From: Pseudobdellovibrionaceae bacterium
Lineage (GTDB): Bacteria; Bdellovibrionota; Bdellovibrionia; Bdellovibrionales; UBA1609
Length of the DNA: 64,000 bases
Direction of reading: 5' to 3'
Assembly (NCBI GenBank): GCA_025354795.1
Contig: JANXMF010000075.1
Coordinates: forward strand, 3,161-67,160
Each line of letters opens with the position of its first letter. The stretch's first letter is position 1. The notes beneath the pieces are model-generated. The model saw only the letters and a list, made by a program, of their open reading frames with translations, ran no database searches and had not been told where the DNA came from. Shown in pieces: positions 16,868-24,391 of the stretch. The position numbers were made by a program, and so were the translations under genes.

Positions 16868-18337
16868 ATGCCCAACATGAAGACGGCCATCGTTTTGAGC
16901 ACGCTGAACGCCCGCTATAACCATGCCAGCCTCGGTTTGCGCTATCTGCACGCCAATCTGGGCAAACATCGCCACCACGCGATTTTGCACGAAGCCACCA
17001 TCAAGACCCCGCCCGACCAGGTTGCCCGCGAGATCTTAGCACGCTCCCCCCGCTTGGTCGGATTTGGAGTTTACATTTGGAACACCTCGCAAACTCTTGA
17101 GGTTGTACGCCAACTCAAGCAGCAGGCCCCTGAGCTGCTGATCGTGCTCGGTGGACCTGAGATCAGCTTTGAGACCGAATCACAGATTTTATTTAGTGAA
17201 ACCGATTTTGTGTTCAAAGGCGAAGCCGATTTCACCTTCCGCGATTTCGTCGCGACCTGGCTGGAAGATGGGATCCTTCCCCTAAGTAAAGTCATCGAGC
17301 CCCGGTTGCCGGACTTGAAATCCATAGTTTTGCCGTACTCAGAATATAGCGACGAAGACATTCGCCACCGCACTCTCTACGTCGAAGCCTCGCGCGGCTG
17401 CCCCTACAAATGCGAGTACTGCTTGTCCGCCCTAGACCTTTCGGTCCGCAATTTCGATAGCGAGCGATTTTTAAATGAAATGCAACGACTGATTGAACGG
17501 GGAGCCCGGCAGTTCAAATTCGTTGACCGCACCTTCAATCTTTCACCCGCGACCAGCACCCGTATTCTCCAGTTTTTTCTGGAACATATTCACCTTGGTC
17601 TCTTTCTGCATTTCGAATTGGTGCCAGATCGCTTGCCCGATGAACTTAAAACGCTGATTGAACAGTACCCGCCGGGATCGTTGCAATTCGAGATTGGCAT
17701 TCAGACTTGGAATCCAGACGTCGCCCGCAATGTGAGCCGTCGGCAAAATTACGAGCGCATCGTCGCCAACCTAACTTATTTGCGCGAAAAAACCGGAGTG
17801 CATACGCACGCGGATCTCATTGTTGGATTGCCGGGCGAGTCCTGGACCAGCTTTGTCGCAGGCTTCAATGCGCTCTATGAACTGCAGCCCGATGAAATTC
17901 AAGTTGGTCTGTTGAAGCGACTGAAGGGTACTCCTATTATTCGCCACGATCATAAGTTCGCCATGAAGTATTGCGCGGACGTGCCGTTTCAAATTCTTGC
18001 CAACAAAGACCTCGACGCTGACCAGGTCCTGGCCCTAAAAATTTTCGCCGATTTCTGGAATGCGATCGCCAATTCGGGGCGATTTCCGGGGCTACATGCC
18101 CTCGTGCGTGAACAGCGGCGGCACGACCCATTTACATTTTTCAACGATCTGGCCCAACACCTTTTTTGCGTGTTTGGACGTACGCATTCCATTCATCTTA
18201 AGGAACTCGAGAGCGAAATTTGCGATTACTTACGAACCAATGGCTGGGATGAGTGTCATGGAACGTCACCGACATTGTTACGGCGAGGTCATGGCGCGAT
18301 CCCCGCGCGGCAGGCCCGGCATTTGGGGATAGGCTAG
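16868..18337 (+). CDS. B12-binding-domain radical SAM protein (DUF4080-type)
   Basis: It has an N-terminal B12-binding-like domain (TAIVLSTLNARYNHASLGLRYL) and a CxxxCxxC cluster (GCPYKCEYC). The ATG at 16868 is more likely than the ORF opening at 16829. Confidence 0.8.
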   Translation: MPNMKTAIVLSTLNARYNHASLGLRYLHANLGKHRHHAILHEATIKTPPDQVAREILARSPRLVGFGVYIWNTSQTLEVVRQLKQQAPELLIVLGGPEISFETESQILFSETDFVFKGEADFTFRDFVATWLEDGILPLSKVIEPRLPDLKSIVLPYSEYSDEDIRHRTLYVEASRGCPYKCEYCLSALDLSVRNFDSERFLNEMQRLIERGARQFKFVDRTFNLSPATSTRILQFFLEHIHLGLFLHFELVPDRLPDELKTLIEQYPPGSLQFEIGIQTWNPDVARNVSRRQNYERIVANLTYLREKTGVHTHADLIVGLPGESWTSFVAGFNALYELQPDEIQVGLLKRLKGTPIIRHDHKFAMKYCADVPFQILANKDLDADQVLALKIFADFWNAIANSGRFPGLHALVREQRRHDPFTFFNDLAQHLFCVFGRTHSIHLKELESEICDYLRTNGWDECHGTSPTLLRRGHGAIPARQARHLGIG

Positions 18338-18384
18338 GGTCTGTCTGCCAGTTTCTTGGGGACTCGGGCTCCTGCCCATGCCGC
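18334..18384 (+). repeat. truncated copy of a short palindromic (MITE/REP-like) element
   Basis: Positions 18341-18384 match 23053-23096 at 43 of 44 positions. Positions 18334-18362 also match the reverse complement of 23138-23165 with a few mismatches. Confidence 0.8.
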
Positions 18385-18492
18385 ACGTGTGTAACTGTTT
18401 TTAGGCGGACCGAGGCATGATTTTGTGGCTTCCTTGAGTATTTAGGCGACTGGCCTGTTATCCACTGCGATTTTTGCCGAAACGCTCAGTGC

Positions 18493-19953
18493 ATGCGGGA
18501 CGAGCCAAAACGCGCAGTAGGCGCCAATATTTTCCTAAAACCTCGACAAGTCGAGATCGAAGCGCGCCTTGGTAAGCGGGTCGACATTCGCGAAAATGAC
18601 GGGGTTACGGCCGAGATCTTACACGGCGGGACGTTTGTGCCGGTGCGAGTTTGGGATCTGACAACTTCGGGTGCTTGTGTTGTCACCCGCGAAAGCCTTA
18701 ATTTTAAAATGGGCGACTCGGTCCAGATGCGTATCTGTTTTTTGACCGGCCAGATGGTGACTTCAGATTATCGTATTTGCTGGGTGAAGGATCGCGCCAG
18801 TGGTCAAAAGGTGGGCTTGAAAATGTTGGCGGATCAGGGCGGTGAACGGCCACTGCCGGAAGCACAAGACAACATGCTGCGACTGACCTCCAGCTATCCT
18901 ATTAGCGGTTACATTTACAATCACGTGAACTACCAGGAGCGATCAATTTTCAGGCTGGTCGCCATATCCGCGGGCAAAATCATCCTTGATGTTTTAGACC
19001 GGGAACATTTGTTTTTCCCTCAGCAAACCATTGAATTGCATTTTTCATTGCAAACGTCGTCGTCCGAAACGCTTTTTGGCAAGATCGCCCGCGTTTTGCA
19101 AGTGAAACGCGATTCGGTTCGCTTGCTGATCGAGGTACCAGGCGAGGTTCTGTCGAAGCGGCTCGAGCGCGACATCATAAATCATTTGATTTTAGATCCT
19201 GGCCTTAACATGGAAAAGATACGCAACGCCGGCTTTAAGATTCGCAATATTGCGAGCGGCTTTCGCTTTAGATTTGTCCGGACCCAAGAGGAATATGAGC
19301 AGGTCCTCAAGCTGCGTTTTGCGGCCTATGAAGCTGCCGGAAAACTGCCTGAAGGCGCAACCTTACACACAGTGATTGCGCCGCTGGATCGGATTAGCCG
19401 CATTCTAATTGCCCTGCATGGAGATAACGTAGTGGCTTCGGTCGCCATGTCGTTTCCTGAAACCGAAGATGTCATTTTGGACACTGAAAAACCGCTGAAG
19501 GGTGGTTACCAAGGCAAGGTCCCGCAAAAGACCGAGATGATTGAAATCGCACGTTTATGTACGGCCCCTGAATATCGGGGTGGTGACCTTCTGCTCCGCA
19601 TGTTCGAACATATTTATCGAATCTTTGCGACTTCAGGGCGTCGCTATTTAATTTCCAGCACCGATAAGAAGCTCTGGCCTATTTATAAGAACCTTGGATT
19701 CAAAAAAGTAGGCCTCTCCTATCCCCATCCTTATTTGGCGGGAATGATTCACGAAGTGATTCTCATTGATTTAACGGTGCCAGTGACCGGAGCTTCAATT
19801 GGATTATTGCGCTGGCATTACTTGTATTCCAAAATGACGGAATTCATGCAACGGCGACAACCGCTGAAGCGCACCGGTGTCGGCCGCCTTCGCTATCTCA
19901 CTTTTCTGGGCGCCTCGAAAGTAATTGGCATTATCGAACGACTGCGGTCCTAA
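18493..19953 (+). CDS. PilZ-domain protein fused to a FeeM-like GNAT-fold N-acyl amino acid synthase domain
   Basis: The N-terminus has a PilZ-like RxxxR (RLGKR) and D-x-(S/T)-x-x-G (DLTTSG), followed by a second degenerate PilZ-like beta-barrel segment. The C-terminus (FRFRFVRTQEEYEQVLKLRFAAYEAAG ... IEIARLCTAPEYRG) resembles the N-acyl amino acid synthase / AHL-synthase-like GNAT fold. Confidence 0.55.
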   Translation: MRDEPKRAVGANIFLKPRQVEIEARLGKRVDIRENDGVTAEILHGGTFVPVRVWDLTTSGACVVTRESLNFKMGDSVQMRICFLTGQMVTSDYRICWVKDRASGQKVGLKMLADQGGERPLPEAQDNMLRLTSSYPISGYIYNHVNYQERSIFRLVAISAGKIILDVLDREHLFFPQQTIELHFSLQTSSSETLFGKIARVLQVKRDSVRLLIEVPGEVLSKRLERDIINHLILDPGLNMEKIRNAGFKIRNIASGFRFRFVRTQEEYEQVLKLRFAAYEAAGKLPEGATLHTVIAPLDRISRILIALHGDNVVASVAMSFPETEDVILDTEKPLKGGYQGKVPQKTEMIEIARLCTAPEYRGGDLLLRMFEHIYRIFATSGRRYLISSTDKKLWPIYKNLGFKKVGLSYPHPYLAGMIHEVILIDLTVPVTGASIGLLRWHYLYSKMTEFMQRRQPLKRTGVGRLRYLTFLGASKVIGIIERLRS

Positions 19954-20609
19954 AAAATCGCTGCGCCGTTTTCAAACGCACCGGCTAACATATTGTAATG
20001 CAGATGACAAGAGCAACGGGTGGCATAAGCCACGTCTTCAAACGTCTTTTCATCCGTCACGAAGTGCTCAATGTATCGATCCATTAATTTATTGTGACCG
20101 ATATCAACGGTGGCGTGTTCTTCAAGGAAGGTCAGTGCCGAATCCGGAATACCCAGCGATTTCAAGCGATCAATATGAACTCGTCCCTGTTGTGTTGGTA
20201 AAAACTCAAGGTGAAAAAGGTATCCTAGATATGAAACCGGCGTGCCCAGCTGAATCTGCATCAGTGCGAAGGCATTGAACGCCGCAGTGGACGGCAAGGG
20301 CCGCGTGTGCTGAAGCTTTTCAGTGTTTTCGCCAAGGGATTTTAAGTCATTTAGGGCAAGAAGGTCGTGGCCAATTTCTGAAATAGCATGCCGATAAAAC
20401 ATGCCGATCATGTCGCGAGGATTATCCTTGAAATACAGTGTCGCAAACGCTTGAATTTGCGGATTCAAGCCGGCGTGATGATAAGTCTCTAGTAAGAACC
20501 CTTTATAATGATTAATTTGAAAGTCGCCCGACTGAAGACGAGTCATCCACGGGAATTTATTCACTTTTGCCATCTCATCTCGCCAAACGTTGAGCAGTCG
20601 ATCTTTCAT
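19950..20609 (-). CDS. heme-oxygenase-like fold di-iron enzyme (CADD/PqqC/UndA-like 'iron-containing redox enzyme')
   Basis: It is an all-helical 219-aa protein with carboxylate/His motifs spaced as in HDO enzymes: LLETYHH, ISEIGH (ExxH), HLEF and TVDIGH (DxxH). Confidence 0.5.
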   Translation of the reverse strand: MKDRLLNVWRDEMAKVNKFPWMTRLQSGDFQINHYKGFLLETYHHAGLNPQIQAFATLYFKDNPRDMIGMFYRHAISEIGHDLLALNDLKSLGENTEKLQHTRPLPSTAAFNAFALMQIQLGTPVSYLGYLFHLEFLPTQQGRVHIDRLKSLGIPDSALTFLEEHATVDIGHNKLMDRYIEHFVTDEKTFEDVAYATRCSCHLHYNMLAGAFENGAAIF

Positions 20610-20743
20610 ATAGTTCTCCGAAGGATGATGAACATACTATAGCTATAACCGATCGCTCGACTAGGCGCAATATTAATGCGCCCTGGACTCCTATAAACAT
20701 TCATAATTTATAGAAAATTCCGAAAAGTATTCTATGAGGGTAC

Positions 20744-22918
20744 ATGTTTGATCCGCGCTTGACTAGACCACATTATAAGACCGTGATCTTCGCCTCCTAT
20801 TTGGAGCTCCTATCTAAAAATCGTCCAGAGATAAACGTAAATATTTTAGTAGAGAAAGCTGGATTGTCGCTTGAGTATGTACGCGACGAAAACAATTGGG
20901 TTTCGGTGACTTTCGAAAAGCGGATCATGGATCTCATCATTGAACAGACAGGCGATCCGAACATTTTTTTTGCAGCCGGCGAGCAAGGCGTCTCCCGCAC
21001 CGGCCTCGGTGAAGGACTCCATTTCCTCGCGTCAAACTTCATTCCCCTCGATGCCATTTACCGCAGTTTGCCTAAACTGACGGGTTTGCTGAACAAGGTC
21101 ATCTCGGTCGAAATCACTGAACGTCGTAGCGGCCACTTTAAATTCTTGTTTAAACCCAAGCTTGACGAACTTGACACGGAGGAACGCGAAATCCTGGTTT
21201 CGCGCATGCCATATGTCATGGCGAACACCATGGGTTATTATAGCAAAATTCCAACCCTCAAGCGTTTGCCGCCGGCCCAAACTACGGTGACCCAAGTGGA
21301 TGCCGAATTAGGAAGCTACTCCCTAGAACTTAGCTTTTTTGAAGGCACGCTCTGGGTGGCTCCTGCTCTAAAAACACTTCCCATTCTGTCTTTTTTTGGC
21401 TTAGTTTGGGGTATGCTCGAGTGGGCGAGATTTCCAATCGAAATCTCCCTATTGGCCGCGGCTTCAGCCGTAACCATGGCGATCGCGTTTTACTTCTCTT
21501 ACCAAAATAGAAAGCTTCGCGGTGTCGCGGCACAATCCGAGCAGTCACTTTATCGCCTGGACATTCAAAATAAGGATCTCTATGACGCAAAATTAAAATT
21601 GAAACGCAAACTCGATGAGTCCTTGGCGACTTTCGAGCTTGTGACTCACATGATTTCAGCGACTCTTGAAGAGGAAGTCCTCGAGTTTGGCTGCGAGTGT
21701 TTGGTCAACAATTTGAAATATGATCGGGCATTTGTCCTAATTTACGACTCGCAGGCCAACTGCCTCCGCTTGGCGGCGTCCAAGGGTCTTTCGGATCAAC
21801 TCAAAGCCGGTATGGAAAAACTCGTGCTTCCGGTTGAGATCGATGACTCGGATCCCACCAAGTTCTCCAACGTTTTTCGCATGAAACAGCCGCTTCTTGT
21901 TAAGGATGTCACCGAACACATGAGCCGGCTGGCCGATCCGACCAGTTTGATGGTTCTCAAAGTATCGGGGTCGCGATCGTTCGTGGCCGCGCCGCTTTTT
22001 ACTCAAAACAAGTCACTCGGTATTCTGGTCGCCGACTGCATCTCCAAGCAGAAAGTTATGACTGAAGATGACTTGCGCCTGATTTCAACAGCGGCTCAAC
22101 AGATAGCGATTGGCATTGAGCAACAGCGTTCCAAGCAAGAACTGATCGATGGGTATCAGAAGGAGCTCGAGCTCTCCGAGTCCTACTCACGCTTTGTTCC
22201 CTTTGAGACACTGGAGCTCCTCAAATACAAAAACATTGTTGACGTTAAGATCGGCGACTATGTTGAAACCCATGTCGCGATCATGTTTAGCGATATCCGC
22301 GGATTTACCACACTTTGCGAGACGATGACCCCCGCGGACATTCTCAAGTTTCTGAATTCTTATTACGCCCGGCTCTCACCGGTCATAAAAAGCCATGGCG
22401 GGACGATTGATAAATTTATGGGCGATGGAATCATGGCCATTTTTAGCAAGGCCGACCAAGCGCTGGCGGCCGCAGTGGACATGCAGCGCTCAATTTTTAA
22501 GTACAACCTAGATCGTCACGACCCACAGCGGGAGCCAATCCAAGCGGGGATAGGCATTGCTGCCGGGAAAGTGGTGTTTGGTTCACTGGGGACCGACAAG
22601 CGATTGGAGCTTACGGCGATTGCCGATACAGTCAATGTCGCGTCCCGCCTGGATGGTCTTTGTCGCGAAACCGGTCAGACAATCATGATCACCGGCTACA
22701 ATGAAAATACGCTTGGGCAGTTTCCACAGCTAAGCTTTTCTCACCTATTGCCGCTAAAAGTGAAAGGTCGCGCGAGCGACGTTCACGTGATTGCCGTGAA
22801 TGATTTAAATTATTTTTCCGCCGTTGACGAGACCCAATTGTCTCCGGCGCAAAAGGTCTATCTGGCGCGGGAACGAGAGTTTTGGTTGCAACGCCAGAAC
22901 CCCAAGCAAGCGGCTTAA
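20744..22918 (+). CDS. membrane-anchored GAF-domain class III adenylate cyclase
   Basis: It has an N-terminal sensor region, TM helices, a coiled coil and a GAF-like segment. The cyclase domain carries the metal Asp residues (MFSDIRGFT, FMGDGIMAIF), an adenine-specifying Lys (IDKFMGDG) and the TVNVASRL transition-state motif. Confidence 0.8.
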   Translation: MFDPRLTRPHYKTVIFASYLELLSKNRPEINVNILVEKAGLSLEYVRDENNWVSVTFEKRIMDLIIEQTGDPNIFFAAGEQGVSRTGLGEGLHFLASNFIPLDAIYRSLPKLTGLLNKVISVEITERRSGHFKFLFKPKLDELDTEEREILVSRMPYVMANTMGYYSKIPTLKRLPPAQTTVTQVDAELGSYSLELSFFEGTLWVAPALKTLPILSFFGLVWGMLEWARFPIEISLLAAASAVTMAIAFYFSYQNRKLRGVAAQSEQSLYRLDIQNKDLYDAKLKLKRKLDESLATFELVTHMISATLEEEVLEFGCECLVNNLKYDRAFVLIYDSQANCLRLAASKGLSDQLKAGMEKLVLPVEIDDSDPTKFSNVFRMKQPLLVKDVTEHMSRLADPTSLMVLKVSGSRSFVAAPLFTQNKSLGILVADCISKQKVMTEDDLRLISTAAQQIAIGIEQQRSKQELIDGYQKELELSESYSRFVPFETLELLKYKNIVDVKIGDYVETHVAIMFSDIRGFTTLCETMTPADILKFLNSYYARLSPVIKSHGGTIDKFMGDGIMAIFSKADQALAAAVDMQRSIFKYNLDRHDPQREPIQAGIGIAAGKVVFGSLGTDKRLELTAIADTVNVASRLDGLCRETGQTIMITGYNENTLGQFPQLSFSHLLPLKVKGRASDVHVIAVNDLNYFSAVDETQLSPAQKVYLAREREFWLQRQNPKQAA

Positions 22919-23052
22919 AACTGCTCAATACTCACCGCGCCCGAGAAGCACCGCAGGTTTGCGACCGACGACGCCACTGCGCTGCTGCAGGTGGAGCGGG
23001 GTCCCAAGGAACGCGATTGGCTCAATACGTGGTTCATGACTCGTTAACGAGC

Positions 23053-23165
23053 CTGTCTGCCAGTTTCTTGGGGACTCGGGCTCCTGCCCTTGCCGCCATC
23101 GGCCCTTCGCGCCGAACGCATCACGCTTGGCGGAAGTCCCCAAAAATCTGGCAGATAGGCCCTAG
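23053..23165 (+). repeat. 113-bp palindromic MITE/REP-like element (24-nt imperfect terminal inverted repeats around a structured core)
   Basis: The arm at 23053-23076 pairs with the arm at 23135-23158 at 22 of 24 positions, including one G:U that pairs only on the plus strand. The core has small hairpins GGGC-UCCU-GCCC and UCGGC-CCUUCGC-GCCGA. The left half is duplicated at 18341-18384. Confidence 0.75.
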
Positions 23166-23293
23166 TGTAGGTCAATAGATATTCATGAGCGGATGAAAGC
23201 GTTTGCGTGCGGCATCAATTCACATCTATTGGTCGATCTTTCAACATTTATCTAGATACGATATTTTTCTAAGTTTTCAACACGGGGGGAAAT

Positions 23294-24391
23294 ATGAAGC
23301 GAAAGATCACGATCGTCCTGGGCCTACTTTTGACTTTGGCGTTTGATGCCGGTGCCACTGAACTAAAACATCTCGGCAGTCCGGCGCAACAACGGCATGC
23401 ACAGGAATGGAACCGCACTCATCCCATGAATTTCAACCTCGAGGCGCTGACTGGTGCACCCGTATTAAAACCATTTAGCGAAGCGGAAACCACCGGCTAC
23501 GTAGCGATTAGTTCCACCGACGCATGGGAATTGGCCGCGATCCGCAGCGCCATCGCTAAAAATCTTCCGCCCGCTACGGTGCTGATCATTTTTGTCAGCG
23601 ACTCCTCCGAAGTGCGGGCGCTTAAGAAACTCTACTCGCCTTACCTCAAAGATGACCAGCTGAAATTTCTGGTGGTTCCGACCACGGGTTCGAGCGACAC
23701 CATCTGGGCGCGCGATTCGCTTCCCTTCCCGGTTTATTTGCAGACCCCCGCAAAGGCGCCCGTAGCGATGGGCTTGGTGGATTCCCTTTATCCGCAAGAT
23801 TTTGAGCCCGACTCGGCTTTCGCGAAAGCCTTCTCGTATCCCATGGTCAGCACCAATCAATACTTCCGCGGCGGCAATTTGCTATTCGATACCGAAGGCA
23901 ACTGCTTCTCGGAAAACGTGAATGAAACGCAAAGACTTTCGGATCCAGAAGGTTACCTCAAAAAATATTTCGGCTGCACTACTGTGACTTTGCTGGAGCA
24001 AGAGGGCGGCATTGGTGATATCGATGAGCGCATTAAATTCTTGACCGGCAAAGACGTTTTGACCGACAACGCCACCTACGCCGGCATTTTAAAAAACAAG
24101 GGCTACACCGTGCACATGATGCCGACCACCGGTAAAGACGGCGAGACCTATATGAATACATTGTTGGTCAACGGCACTATGTTCGTGCCACAAATGGGAA
24201 TCAAACGTGATGCCGACGCCATCAAGGCGTATCAAGATCTTGGTTTTAAAGCCGTGGGCGTGATGACCAAGCAACTCGCCGATCGCGGTGACGGCAATAT
24301 TCACTGTGTGACCATGAATTACCCGCCGGGCGCCTTTCAGGCGAGCGCTCGCGGCGGTGATTTTGTCGATTTCAGTCGCGCGACCCGCTAA
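23294..24391 (+). CDS. secreted agmatine deiminase / peptidyl-arginine deiminase (PAD_porph) family protein
   Basis: It has a signal peptide plus IWARDSLPFPV, FRGGNLLFD and the C-terminal catalytic Cys motif GNIHCVTMN. Confidence 0.7.
   Translation: MKRKITIVLGLLLTLAFDAGATELKHLGSPAQQRHAQEWNRTHPMNFNLEALTGAPVLKPFSEAETTGYVAISSTDAWELAAIRSAIAKNLPPATVLIIFVSDSSEVRALKKLYSPYLKDDQLKFLVVPTTGSSDTIWARDSLPFPVYLQTPAKAPVAMGLVDSLYPQDFEPDSAFAKAFSYPMVSTNQYFRGGNLLFDTEGNCFSENVNETQRLSDPEGYLKKYFGCTTVTLLEQEGGIGDIDERIKFLTGKDVLTDNATYAGILKNKGYTVHMMPTTGKDGETYMNTLLVNGTMFVPQMGIKRDADAIKAYQDLGFKAVGVMTKQLADRGDGNIHCVTMNYPPGAFQASARGGDFVDFSRATR

Noticed and set aside
18198-23143. The ORFs at 18198-18386 (minus strand) and 22925-23143 (minus strand) share the peptide QEPESPRNWQT.
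   Set aside because: The shared peptide is simply the translation of the repeated DNA element on the minus strand. Both ORFs otherwise overlap real genes or intergenic DNA and lack coding features.
23053-23165. I considered whether the long imperfect hairpin downstream of the cyclase gene is the SRP (4.5S) RNA or 6S RNA.
   Set aside because: It lacks the conserved SRP helix-8 motif (…GGUCC-GGAA-GGAAGCAGCC…) at the hairpin apex. Its left half is duplicated at 18341-18384, and its ends behave like terminal inverted repeats. A repeat or MITE-like element is more parsimonious. An Rfam scan would settle the question.
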